Virus record (IMG/VR): IMGVR_UViG_3300007734_000733
Coordinates: 1 to 60,427 of that record
Strand: one strand, 5' to 3'
DNA length: 60,427 bases
Source: a virus
Taxonomy: Duplodnaviria > Caudoviricetes
Below the pieces are notes generated by a model, which saw only the letters and a program-made list of their open reading frames with translations, was not told the origin of the DNA and did no database searches. The number at the start of each line of letters is the position of its first letter. Position 1 is the stretch's first letter. A program made the translations under genes and the position numbers. Below, piece after piece: positions 1 to 8,438 of this stretch.

Positions 1-127
1 ATTCCGGTGACCTTATCGCCAATATCCTCAAACGCGGCACGAAGGGCTCTGCCAAGATGCCCCGCTGAACCCGTGATGAGAACCTTACGTGCTGCCATTA
101 GAAATTCTCCATATTCCATCTATACCA
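1..127. repeat. Terminal overlap identical to 60301-60427 (circular contig)
   Basis: Exact 127-nt match between the start and end of the window. The dehydratase/SDR gene junction reads straight through it. Confidence 0.97.
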
Positions 128-1002
128 GACGGAGTTACATTTTCGGTTTCGGTGAACAACTGTTCCGTTAGTCTCTCGCCGGGGCGCAGGCCGGTTATCT
201 CAATCTCAATTTCCGTTCCAGGCGTTTTGCCTGACAGTCGGATCATGTCCCGCGCTAGGTCCATGATCTTTACAGGATGGCCCATGTCCAGAATGTAAAT
301 CGCCGGTTCCCCCGTTGCGGCTTGAAGCACTAACTCAACCGCCTCATCAATCGACATGAAGTACCGCTCCATGCTCTCATGGGTCACCGTAAGCGGTCCG
401 CCTTTAATAAGCTGGCGCTCAAATAAAGGTACAACCGAGCCGGAAGAGCCAAGTACGTTTCCGAACCGCACGGCGGTATAACGGGCACGGCGGCAAATAT
501 TCTCTGCTATTTCCTTCGTCTTACCCATGTAGCTGGTCGCATTGACGGCCTTATCAGTCGATATCAGCACCATCCGGTATACTTTGTGCCTGCTACACGC
601 CTGAACGACGTTGAGCGTGCCGGTTACGTTTGTTTTGAAAGCTTCGTTAGTATTACGCTCGACCAGCGGTACATGCTTCATCGCAGCGGCATGAAACACA
701 ACTTGCTCGCTATCGCTATACATGAAGTTCTCAACAGATTCAGCATCTCTCACATCGGCATATATGGCCGTCGCGCCGGGGAGTTGCTCGCTGATCGAGT
801 ACAGATTGAACTCACAGTTATCTACCAACACTAACTCGCTAGGCTTGAAGCTGTTGACTTGGCGAGATAGCTCCGAGCCAATAGAGCCCCCAGCGCCCGT
901 GATGACGACGCGCTTTCCGTCCAGCATCTTGCTGACGGCAGCGCGGTCACGGACTACAGCACGGCGCGGCAAAAGGTCGCCTAGATCAATGGCACGGATC
1001 AT
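85..1002 (-). CDS. UDP-GlcNAc 4,6-dehydratase, PglF/CapD/WbpM-type (catalytic domain only)
   Basis: TGAGGSIGSEL nucleotide-binding motif, HAAAMKHVP, STDKAVN..YMG.TK (Met-type triad), VRFGNVLGSSGSVVPLF, GLRPGE. Confidence 0.92.
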   Translation of the reverse strand: MIRAIDLGDLLPRRAVVRDRAAVSKMLDGKRVVITGAGGSIGSELSRQVNSFKPSELVLVDNCEFNLYSISEQLPGATAIYADVRDAESVENFMYSDSEQVVFHAAAMKHVPLVERNTNEAFKTNVTGTLNVVQACSRHKVYRMVLISTDKAVNATSYMGKTKEIAENICRRARYTAVRFGNVLGSSGSVVPLFERQLIKGGPLTVTHESMERYFMSIDEAVELVLQAATGEPAIYILDMGHPVKIMDLARDMIRLSGKTPGTEIEIEITGLRPGERLTEQLFTETENVTPSGIDGIWRISNGST

Positions 1003-1691
1003 ATTGAACGTATCTCCGCGACCATCTCGTTCAACTCGTTAGGCTCAATGCTGCAAATCTGATCCGGCCCGGCCAAGCGACGATCCAGGGTAAAGTGCTT
1101 CTCGATGACCTCCGCGCCGGAGGCCGCAGCAATGACAGATGCGGCAATGCCCTGCGTGTGGTCGGAGAAACCCACAGCTTTGAAATAGTCGGCAAGTTTT
1201 ACAAGTTTGCGAAAATCAATTTTATGAAGCGGCGTGGGGTATTGCGAAACGCAATACAGCGCCGTGTCGTCATAAGCGGCGCTGTTAAGAAACTCCCGCT
1301 CATTTGTCATACCATTGCTGACGATAAGCGGGAGCCCGGTAGCTCTTGCATACCGGACGAACGCCCTGTCCATGACCTTGCCGGAGGAAATCTTCAGGCG
1401 CTTCACACCAAGCTCAACAAGGAAATCCACCCACTCCTCGCTGAATGGCGTGGACATGAACTCGATCCCGAGTTTGTCGGCTTTCAACTTCAGCTTTTCG
1501 TGGTCATCTTTGGAAAGCTGCACGCTTCTCAGAAACGCGGTCAACTTCTCGTCGTAGCCAAGCGCGTCAGCCGTGAATGACTGGAACTTAACCGCGTCCG
1601 CGCCAGCATCCAGCGCAATATCAATCATCTTCAGCGCCCGGTCCAAAGACCCGCAGTGGTTGATCCCGGCCTCTGCAATGATAAATACCAT
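999..1691 (-). CDS. neuB: Nonulosonate (N-acetylneuraminate/legionaminate-type) synthase, lacking the C-terminal SAF/AFL domain
   Basis: IIAEAGINHCG, ADAVKFQ, FMSTPF, KISSG, CVSQYP, GFSDHT, IEKHFTLDR..GPD. Confidence 0.93.
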   Translation of the reverse strand: MVFIIAEAGINHCGSLDRALKMIDIALDAGADAVKFQSFTADALGYDEKLTAFLRSVQLSKDDHEKLKLKADKLGIEFMSTPFSEEWVDFLVELGVKRLKISSGKVMDRAFVRYARATGLPLIVSNGMTNEREFLNSAAYDDTALYCVSQYPTPLHKIDFRKLVKLADYFKAVGFSDHTQGIAASVIAAASGAEVIEKHFTLDRRLAGPDQICSIEPNELNEMVAEIRSI

Positions 1692-2389
1692 TACACATAT
1701 CCCTTATGATGTGCGTATTCAGCCATCTCAAGATCATGGAGCGAGTCAATCTCAATGCTGTGCCAACGGTCCATCAGCAATCCATAATTGCGAGCGCCGC
1801 CGTAAATGCTGCCGGTATCCATGAACATCTCCGTATCAAACACGTACAGCGCGCCGTTCATCGTCCACTCTTGGCGCAGGTCTTGACGGCGCAGATTACG
1901 GCCAACCCTGTCCATCTTCACAACAATGGGCGTTACAAAATCATCTGCCGGTTGCTCTGCAATGAACGTCGTGTGTGGTTCGGTGTGCTTCATGCCAACA
2001 ATCAAATGCGCGTCTTTGGCTTGCTTCATAGTCAGCGCGGTCACAATATGTTCCGGCAGCGTAAATGGCGCGCTTGGCTCCAGTAGAACAACCGTATCGT
2101 GATGCGTCTTCAACGTGGACAGCGCGTGCTTGATAACATCTGCGCTTGAGGCCGTGTCGGTCGCCAACTCGGCTGGCCGTGTAAAAGCAACCTCAACATT
2201 GTTGCGCCGGGCTTCTTTCTGAATCTCAGGGCACTCGGTAGAAATAACGATCCGGTCGTTGTTGGTGATGACTTGCTTGGCGGCATTGGCCTTCCAGGCG
2301 ACCAGCGACATACCGCCGATCTTTCTCAGGTTCTTGCCGGGGACGCCTTTAGAGCCGCCACGGGCCGTGATGAGATACAGAACGCTCAT
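1691..2389 (-). CDS. neuA: CMP-nonulosonate synthetase (acylneuraminate cytidylyltransferase)
   Basis: ITARGGSKGVPGKN, RPAELATD, LLEPSAPF, NGALY, SIEIDS..DL..AE. Confidence 0.93.
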   Translation of the reverse strand: MSVLYLITARGGSKGVPGKNLRKIGGMSLVAWKANAAKQVITNNDRIVISTECPEIQKEARRNNVEVAFTRPAELATDTASSADVIKHALSTLKTHHDTVVLLEPSAPFTLPEHIVTALTMKQAKDAHLIVGMKHTEPHTTFIAEQPADDFVTPIVVKMDRVGRNLRRQDLRQEWTMNGALYVFDTEMFMDTGSIYGGARNYGLLMDRWHSIEIDSLHDLEMAEYAHHKGYV

Positions 2390-2538
2390 TTCTTGGCCTT
2401 ATCCCTGTCGATCTTCTCAACACAGGCTTCATTAAAGAACCGGCTGCGCTCATATGGCGTTACAAAATCATCAATCTTCTTCAACAAATCCGGCGTAATA
2501 GTGATGTTGATCCTTAGCTTTTTTACGTGCTTAGGCAT
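2386..2538 (-). CDS. Ribbon-helix-helix (CopG/Arc-like) DNA-binding protein, 50 aa, not in the ORF track
   Basis: Manual translation MPKHVKKLRINITITPDLLKKIDDFVTPYERSRFFNEACVEKIDRDKAKK. Its stop overlaps the neuA start (ATGA). Confidence 0.7.
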   Translation of the reverse strand: MPKHVKKLRINITITPDLLKKIDDFVTPYERSRFFNEACVEKIDRDKAKK

Positions 2539-3034
2539 GTTTCACCTTGAAGATATCCTTGATGACGGATCGCTCTGTTGGCTTCCAGCTACAAACGGAA
2601 CGGGTCTTGTGATCCGATTTCTTCCGTTCTTCTAAGAACGGAAACACTACAGAGTTGTCCGGTATATCGACGTTCTGCACCACCGTATTGGCGGTGATGA
2701 ATACGTTGTTGCCGATCTTGGTATTGCCCAGCACCTTCGCGCCGGGGAACAAAACGACGCCCTTACCAAGTACGGGCCGGTTGCCGTCAATGTCAGACCC
2801 GACACCCACGTTCTGGTAGACGCAAAGGTAATCACCATACGTAGCGCGTCCCAGAACCGTGCCAACGGGATGCACCAACATCACGTTCTTAGGCAACACG
2901 ACTTCGTAATAAAGCTCACAGCCGTGTTCGGCGCGGATACGCTGGTAGTAGCGTTCAGCCATTTTAAGATCGCTGTCCTTCCACATATTGTAAGCGACAC
3001 GATAAAGCTGAAGGCATTGATCGTCTAAGTGCAT
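2531..3034 (-). CDS. Left-handed beta-helix (hexapeptide) acetyltransferase
   Basis: HPVGTVLG, YQNVGVG, hexapeptide repeats LGKGVVLFPGAKVLGNTKIGNNVFITANTVV. Confidence 0.85.
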   Translation of the reverse strand: MHLDDQCLQLYRVAYNMWKDSDLKMAERYYQRIRAEHGCELYYEVVLPKNVMLVHPVGTVLGRATYGDYLCVYQNVGVGSDIDGNRPVLGKGVVLFPGAKVLGNTKIGNNVFITANTVVQNVDIPDNSVVFPFLEERKKSDHKTRSVCSWKPTERSVIKDIFKVKHA

Positions 3035-4113
3035 ATTTTTTCCACAGCGTCTAAGACCGCCTCCACATCGTTATCGCTCATCGTTGGATACACAGGCAGC
3101 GACAGCGTGCGTTTCCCAACCGCGTCGGCCTGGGGGCAAGGCAGGGCGTTTTTATTAAAAACCGCCTCACGGCCAATGTTGGGGCAACCACCCAACCGCG
3201 CAGCTACACCCATGTTCTGCAACTCAACCATCTTGCGGTCGCGGTCATCCACAAATGCTATGTACATATACCGGCCGTGCGAATGGCCGTGCGGGACTGG
3301 GATACCGCCGAGAATGCCGTCATATACCGCCGCAATATGATTGCGCCGGTTTACCCATTTCTCAAGTTTTGCAAGCTGCAACCGGCCAATGACGGACTGC
3401 ATCTCGGTCATACGCAGGTTTGTGCCGAACTCCTCAACCGTCCATTGGAACTGGGTCATGTCCTTAGAGCCGACCATCTGATACCGACCGTGATCGCGGC
3501 GGGCTCCCATACGACGATGCAACAGCGCGTTGTTGGTAATCACCATGCCACCCTCGCCGCCGGTACTCATGGTCTTGCCAACGCAGAATGAGAAGCAGCC
3601 GATATCGCCAAACGTACCGACATGCTGCCCGTCAATGCGCGTGCCGTGGGCGTGGGCGCAGTCTTCAATTACACGGATGTTATGCATGTCAGCCCACTTG
3701 CAGATAGCCGCCATGTCACATGGTAGCCCCGCATAATGGACGACAATCACAATCGCAGTCCGGTGGGTCCGTCTGGCTTCCAGGGCTTCAACCGTGACAT
3801 TCAATGTCGCAGGATCAATGTCCGCCAGAACAACCCGCGCATTAGCCGTAATAACCGCGCTCGCAGTCGCCATAAACGTCCGGCATGGAACGATGACTTC
3901 AGACCCGGGAACAAGCCGCAGGCCATGCAGCGCCACTTCCAGCGCCGTCGTGCCGTTGGTGACCGCGAGGGCGTGCTTCGCTCCGGTATAAACGGCGAAC
4001 TCACTCTCAAACGCTTGCCCGTGAGAGCCCGTCCAATAATTCGTCTTACCTGAGCGAAGCACGCTAGCGACGGCGCTGATTTCGTCTTCAGAGTGATGCG
4101 GCCACAGAGTCAC
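3025..4113 (-). CDS. DegT/DnrJ/EryC1/StrS PLP-dependent sugar aminotransferase (PglE/LegC-like); likely GTG start at 4113
   Basis: NGTTALE, VVHYAG, IEDCAHAHG, FSFCVGK (PLP lysine), GEGGM, N.RMTEMQ, LSLP. The GTG overlaps the upstream stop. Confidence 0.92.
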   Translation of the reverse strand: MTLWPHHSEDEISAVASVLRSGKTNYWTGSHGQAFESEFAVYTGAKHALAVTNGTTALEVALHGLRLVPGSEVIVPCRTFMATASAVITANARVVLADIDPATLNVTVEALEARRTHRTAIVIVVHYAGLPCDMAAICKWADMHNIRVIEDCAHAHGTRIDGQHVGTFGDIGCFSFCVGKTMSTGGEGGMVITNNALLHRRMGARRDHGRYQMVGSKDMTQFQWTVEEFGTNLRMTEMQSVIGRLQLAKLEKWVNRRNHIAAVYDGILGGIPVPHGHSHGRYMYIAFVDDRDRKMVELQNMGVAARLGGCPNIGREAVFNKNALPCPQADAVGKRTLSLPVYPTMSDNDVEAVLDAVEKICT

Positions 4114-4250
4114 TTTACTTCCTTCACATAAAACGCGCCGCAGTACGGACAGCCACGGCCAGCAGACCCGGCCCACTCTCGCCCACAGCCCAAGCCCCAC
4201 CGCGCATTCTCAGGGTGTTCGCGCAGACAGATGAACTTGGCGGGGGTCAT
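4110..4250 (-). CDS. Small Cys-rich zinc-ribbon-like protein, 46 aa
   Basis: Manual translation MTPAKFICLREHPENARWGLGCGREWAGSAGRGCPYCGAFYVKEVK. Start and stop overlap both neighbours. Confidence 0.55.
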   Translation of the reverse strand: MTPAKFICLREHPENARWGLGCGREWAGSAGRGCPYCGAFYVKEVK

Positions 4251-4414
4251 TTCAATTTCTCTAATTCCGAAATGGCACGGCGCAATGACTCTAACTCAGA
4301 GCCAGCGTCCATCACCCCATGCGCGTCGCGGTTTTCAAGGAACATTGCCGCCATGCCCCAAGCCGATTCTTCGCGCTTGCGGAGGGAGTCTAGTAGGTCG
4401 TCAATTGGGGTCAT
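4247..4414 (-). CDS. Hypothetical protein, 55 aa
   Basis: Manual translation MTPIDDLLDSLRKREESAWGMAAMFLENRDAHGVMDAGSELESLRRAISELEKLK. AAGGAA RBS and ATGA overlap. Confidence 0.6.
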   Translation of the reverse strand: MTPIDDLLDSLRKREESAWGMAAMFLENRDAHGVMDAGSELESLRRAISELEKLK

Positions 4415-4431
4415 CTGTTTCCTTCTACAGT

Positions 4432-4458
4432 AAAGGGGGTGAACCGAAGCCCACCCCC
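4432..4458 (-). terminator. Intrinsic terminator-like hairpin
   Basis: Minus strand GGGGGTGGGC-TTCG-GTTCACCCCC-TTT, nearly identical to the hairpin at 27988-28017. Confidence 0.65.
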
Positions 4459-4464
4459 AACCGA

Positions 4465-4599
4465 TTACTGTTTGATGTTATTCAAAGCAAGCAAAGCGTT
4501 CGCAGCGTTCAAAGCCGCTTGCGAAAACTTCATTGCTTCGTCAGCCGTCTTGGCCTCTGTCGCTTTTATAATAAGAGATTGAATGTAATCTTTAGACAT
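4465..4599 (-). CDS. Small hypothetical phage protein, 44 aa
   Basis: Manual translation MSKDYIQSLIIKATEAKTADEAMKFSQAALNAANALLALNNIKQ. GGAGG upstream, terminator downstream. Confidence 0.6.
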   Translation of the reverse strand: MSKDYIQSLIIKATEAKTADEAMKFSQAALNAANALLALNNIKQ

Positions 4600-4662
4600 C
4601 GGGTTCTACCTCCGATAAATGCCGACACTTAATTCTGGCGTGTCAGCGTAGGCCAGCTACTC

Positions 4663-4887
4663 CTACTGCGGCGAGGCTGCGTCGATCATGATTTCCCAAA
4701 CGGTCGCATGAGCCTCGGTGTTACCGGCGACTACCATGCCAGCCTCACGCAGCATCTCCGTTGTCGGTGTACGCATGGCGCGGATCGCGGCGCGGGTAAT
4801 CTTCATGCCTTCTTCGGCGTTGCCAGAGTGATATTCCGATATTGCTAATAGCACTCGCAGTTCCATCTCAGTCGGTTCGCGGGTCAT
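4663..4887 (-). CDS. Hypothetical phage protein (AAIRAMRxPTxEM family)
   Basis: Motif RAAIRAMRTPTTEM...W..MIDAA, which I recognise from proteobacterial phages. Probable start MTREP. Confidence 0.6.
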   Translation of the reverse strand: MTREPTEMELRVLLAISEYHSGNAEEGMKITRAAIRAMRTPTTEMLREAGMVVAGNTEAHATVWEIMIDAASPQ

Positions 4888-5093
4888 TTGCCCTCCCTGA
4901 CGGCCCGCAACGCAGCGCGCCATTTGTCCGCAAACCGTAGGTCTTGGTCTGATGCGTAAATCATCTCTGGTGTCAGATTCGTCAGAGCATCCAGAATCTG
5001 ATTCGCCGCACCACGTGGTGTGATCGTCTGACGCTGCGCTTCGCGCACAATTTTCATTATTCTAAAAATAACAGTGTTCGGCTTATGGTTCAT
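4884..5093 (-). CDS. Hypothetical protein
   Basis: Co-oriented ORF overlapping both neighbours. Its LTPEMI.A...W.A.L segment resembles the adjacent gene. Confidence 0.55.
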   Translation of the reverse strand: MNHKPNTVIFRIMKIVREAQRQTITPRGAANQILDALTNLTPEMIYASDQDLRFADKWRAALRAVREGK

Positions 5094-5496
5094 GATACGG
5101 CACTTGGATCAGGTTGCCGTTCGCATCAACGCCCGTGTATTGCGATAACAGCGCGTTCCAAACGTCCTTACTGTATTTGTCGGTGTTCGCAATCGGCACA
5201 CCAATATACGGATTTAACGGGTACATAATCGGCAGAAGGTCATTCACCTTCGGCATGATGTATTCAGCGTAGTAACTGCCAATCAAGCCGTTCTCGCGTA
5301 CATCAATGGTGTTCTGCCAGCCATCAGGCGTGTCCTGGTAAATCGTGCCGTCGATGATCCATCCCGCCGAAGACAAATGCCCGATTACCATCGGTTCGCC
5401 AAAGCCGCTCATATCCGGCTCATTCCAAACGCCTACGGTGTAGGGGCCGCGTGTCCAGGTGAATCCGTTACCAACCGAAGGTCCAACAACCGCCAT
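5083..5496 (-). CDS. Hypothetical protein, 137 aa
   Basis: AGGAG RBS, co-oriented within the operon. Confidence 0.65.
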   Translation of the reverse strand: MAVVGPSVGNGFTWTRGPYTVGVWNEPDMSGFGEPMVIGHLSSAGWIIDGTIYQDTPDGWQNTIDVRENGLIGSYYAEYIMPKVNDLLPIMYPLNPYIGVPIANTDKYSKDVWNALLSQYTGVDANGNLIQVPYHEP

Positions 5497-5529
5497 GTGT
5501 AGTATCTCCTGTTTAAGTTAAAGCCCGCA

Positions 5530-6183
5530 TCAAACGCTCCGAACAGAAGCGCCCTCGCTGAATAACCAGCTACGCAGCTTAATCGGTGATTTGTCGGTGA
5601 AGAAAAACATGGACGAAATCGCAACCGCGTCAGCCCCAGCTTTGAACGCCTGAAGCGCGTGATCCAATTTACCGCAGCCTCCGGCAACGATAACCGGAAC
5701 ATCCCATTTGCGCTTCAATACGTCCAAGTCGAATCCCTTGCCCATTCCGTCGCGGTCGATGTCCGTTAGCAAAACCTCACCCGCGTAGTCAGGCACATCT
5801 TCTACACACAAGGTGTGATAGTCAATAGGCCAGACCACCGCCTGCCGACCATATTTTTGGGCAATGGCTTTGCCAAGTTCGCGGTCTTTAACCACCACTT
5901 TATCCGCGCCGCAGTCTTTGATTAGTTCGTTCACTTGGCTCATAGAATGAATAGACCCAGCCACGGTAACGGGGGTGAACACATCGGCGGTCACATCCCG
6001 AATCATGGCTGGGTCAATTACGCCCAAGTCGCAGAAGTACATCTCATCGACACGTAGGTCTTCATATGTACGCGCCGTAGACACGACGTTACCGGCCGTT
6101 CGGCGGTTGGTCGTGAACTGCTTGTACTTAACGAGCTTGCCGTCCTCGATTAGAAACTTCGCAATGATACGGCGTTTCAGCAC
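5530..6183 (-). CDS. HisF-like TIM-barrel protein of the sugar-amidination type (WbuZ-like)
   Basis: RRIIAKFLI (HisF catalytic Asp absent), FTPVTVAG, GADKVVV, GEVLLTDIDRDG..GFD, PVIVAGGCG. Near a WbuX-type amidotransferase. Confidence 0.85.
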   Translation of the reverse strand: MLKRRIIAKFLIEDGKLVKYKQFTTNRRTAGNVVSTARTYEDLRVDEMYFCDLGVIDPAMIRDVTADVFTPVTVAGSIHSMSQVNELIKDCGADKVVVKDRELGKAIAQKYGRQAVVWPIDYHTLCVEDVPDYAGEVLLTDIDRDGMGKGFDLDVLKRKWDVPVIVAGGCGKLDHALQAFKAGADAVAISSMFFFTDKSPIKLRSWLFSEGASVRSV

Positions 6184-6722
6184 TACGGCGTCGGCCCACC
6201 CACCGGATCAACCGCACCGGCCGGTGATTGGGTCATCACCTCAGTACCGGCAGCAACCGCAACGCCAGTCGGGCTTTCGTTCATCGGGCCTTGGCAATCA
6301 GCCAGCTTCGCTCCGTTGACCTTCTTGGGTCGCACAGTACATGGAAAGCTGAACATATTGCTCATGCCACCACCAGCCGCTGTGGTTGTCGTGAACTTGC
6401 GGAACGCCGCCGGGGTATCAGCCCAAGTCGGCGCTTGCGGGAAGCTAGAGCGCGGCTGAAACAAGCTCCAGACTTGATTTTTGCCGGGAGCGGTGCAGGA
6501 GTTATTCATCAAGTCCATGTCGGCCAACGCAGGGCCGCGCAGTACGGGGCAGACCGAAACGCCCAACGGGAACACCTTGCCGTTGACGGTGATGGTCTGG
6601 CCGGGGACAGGGGTTGTGGGACTGGCCGCGCACAGGGCGAACTCGCCTGTGCAGACCTGAATTGTCAAAGCGTGCGCGGGGGCCGTAAACGTCAGCGCCG
6701 CAGCAATCAGTAGTTTTTTCAT
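6183..6722 (-). CDS. Putative secreted Cys-rich protein
   Basis: Signal peptide MKKLLIAAALTFTAPAHA with an AxA cleavage site, six Cys. Confidence 0.7.
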   Translation of the reverse strand: MKKLLIAAALTFTAPAHALTIQVCTGEFALCAASPTTPVPGQTITVNGKVFPLGVSVCPVLRGPALADMDLMNNSCTAPGKNQVWSLFQPRSSFPQAPTWADTPAAFRKFTTTTAAGGGMSNMFSFPCTVRPKKVNGAKLADCQGPMNESPTGVAVAAGTEVMTQSPAGAVDPVGGPTP

Positions 6723-7855
6723 ATCCAATCTTTCATGTCTGGAAGTTCTGAACCAGCCACAATGGCTGACTTATCAAAGTCCCACGGATCAACCACATGG
6801 CTCAAGGCCATCCCATAGAAGTCATCACGGGTAATCCCAACCGTCTGTAGAAACCACCCCAGGCTGGCCGGTTCTTTGCCGTCGTATTGCTGGGCTAAGG
6901 CGGCCCCCGCCGCCCGATCCATACGGCCATGCCGTATCTCAATGTTGGCCAGATGGTTCGTCCGGCCAAAACCGCGCTTGATGTACTTCAGCCAATCCCT
7001 AACGCCCTGGAACTGGCACTCAATCTTCTCGTAATCAAACTGCGGTGGGATGCCCTCGACCACATCACCCTCCCAGCCAAGGTGGTCCTTAATCAACGCC
7101 ACTTGATTGCGGGTGTCCCACCGCACGTAGTCGCCCAGACAGATGCTTTGAACGCCAAGCGCGTCTAACTCGGCCTTGGGCGGGTATGCGTGCCAGTGCA
7201 AATCGCGCCGGTCCAGGCTGGGGTTAGCGTCCTTAATGAACTCCCACATATCGTCAGCCGTCATGCCGAGATTCATCGCCCGGTTAAACCGCACCTCGTC
7301 AACATTCTCCTTCTCGGTGGGGTCGAGCCAGGATTGGTATTCCTTCAGTGACTCACCCCAGAATATAAGCGGCGTGTTGAACTTAAGCGCCATGTGCATG
7401 GGGAACGAGTAGACTCCCGTATGACAGTGCCAGCACGAATCGCCCTTACGGGAAAGTGCCTCCAGCATAGTGGCCTGGACGACCTTCCAGTTCGGCTTGA
7501 AGTCCAAGACTTCAACGCCCAACTGCTTGAACACCCGCGCATTGTTCTTCTCCAACTGTGGCCGAGTTCCCCAGTGATTGTACCGCACAACCAAAGGCCG
7601 CAACCGTAGCTGCGTCACCACATACCAAAGCTGGTAGGTGCTATCTTTGCCGCCGCTGAATGGCACGATGCAATCGTACTGGCCGTTGCGTTGACGAGCC
7701 TGGGTAATGATGGAGTGTAACTCCATCATGCGTTCGTTCCAGTCCACCGCCGTCAGCTTATGGTCTACCTGCACGCAGACAGAACACGCGCCAGCCGCGT
7801 TGAATGAAATGGTGTCGGCAGTCTCGGTGTTGAGACAGCGGGTGCAGGATTTCAT
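6719..7855 (-). CDS. N-acetyl sugar amidotransferase (PseA/WbuX/PtmG-type, PP-loop ATPase)
   Basis: N-terminal CxxC...CxxC, YDCIVPFSGGKDS PP-loop, CWHCH, LIFWGE, KIEC...DWLKYIKRGFGR, IRHG. Confidence 0.92.
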   Translation of the reverse strand: MKSCTRCLNTETADTISFNAAGACSVCVQVDHKLTAVDWNERMMELHSIITQARQRNGQYDCIVPFSGGKDSTYQLWYVVTQLRLRPLVVRYNHWGTRPQLEKNNARVFKQLGVEVLDFKPNWKVVQATMLEALSRKGDSCWHCHTGVYSFPMHMALKFNTPLIFWGESLKEYQSWLDPTEKENVDEVRFNRAMNLGMTADDMWEFIKDANPSLDRRDLHWHAYPPKAELDALGVQSICLGDYVRWDTRNQVALIKDHLGWEGDVVEGIPPQFDYEKIECQFQGVRDWLKYIKRGFGRTNHLANIEIRHGRMDRAAGAALAQQYDGKEPASLGWFLQTVGITRDDFYGMALSHVVDPWDFDKSAIVAGSELPDMKDWI

Positions 7856-8028
7856 TTGCCGCTCCTACGGGCCAGGAACTCCGCAATCTTCTTGTCCCGG
7901 TCTGGGTCAACGGGGAAATTGCGCGGTTTGGGTTTGCGGCCCTTGCGGAAGTTGAGTGACACTTTGGCGTTCGGGCCGAGCATGGCCTTCTCGGGCGGGT
8001 TGTTGGCCATCGTCTTCTTGGTCTTCAC
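7852..8028 (-). CDS. Small basic protein, 58 aa
   Basis: Manual translation from GTG: MKTKKTMANNPPEK...DKKIAEFLARRSGK. Fills the gap with overlaps at both ends. Confidence 0.5.
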   Translation of the reverse strand: MKTKKTMANNPPEKAMLGPNAKVSLNFRKGRKPKPRNFPVDPDRDKKIAEFLARRSGK

Positions 8029-8438
8029 TAACGGTCTTGCATCTTAATCGTCGTGATGCGGTCCTCATACTCACCCCACGGCTGCGGCTCGGTCTTGCCA
8101 AGGGCGTCGTCAACGTCCTGCATGGTGCGGGCCTCAATGTACTGACCGCCGACTCTGGTGAACTTATCGAGCCAGTCGAGTTGGTCGGGGGACAGTGGGT
8201 TCTTGGTTTTACTGAACTCCGTCTCAATGGCAAACGACTGCCCGTAGTAAAGCCAGCCGATGTAGTGGTACGGGTGATATCCGTCCGCACCGCGTACCTC
8301 CGTCTCCTTGGCACGCTTCAACTGCACGCCGCGTATTTTAGGTGCGCCGTTGTGGGTGCTGATGGATTCATCCAGCCAGATGTCCTTGCGGCTCTTTAGG
8401 GCCTTGAGAATCTGCGGGTCTAGTTTGGGTGCGGTCAT
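8028..8438 (-). CDS. VRR-NUC-like protein, catalytic motif degenerate
   Basis: G.SFAIE....LSPDQLDWL....GG.YIEAR..DV pattern. The PD and E-x-K residues are not evident. Confidence 0.55.
   Translation of the reverse strand: MTAPKLDPQILKALKSRKDIWLDESISTHNGAPKIRGVQLKRAKETEVRGADGYHPYHYIGWLYYGQSFAIETEFSKTKNPLSPDQLDWLDKFTRVGGQYIEARTMQDVDDALGKTEPQPWGEYEDRITTIKMQDR

Noticed and set aside
1-127. 127-bp repeat as a biological direct terminal repeat
   Set aside because: It falls in the middle of two overlapping genes and equals a common assembler k-mer length, so it most likely reflects circular assembly only.
5530-6183. HisF as a histidine-biosynthesis auxiliary gene
   Set aside because: It lacks the N-terminal catalytic Asp and sits near a WbuX-type amidotransferase, so it belongs to sugar modification.
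85-7855. Sugar cluster as flanking host LPS locus, or as a pseudaminic acid pathway
   Set aside because: The genes are miniaturised, interleaved and coupled with phage ORFs on a circular contig, and there is no wzx/wzy. The Met-type dehydratase and NeuC argue against the Pse route.
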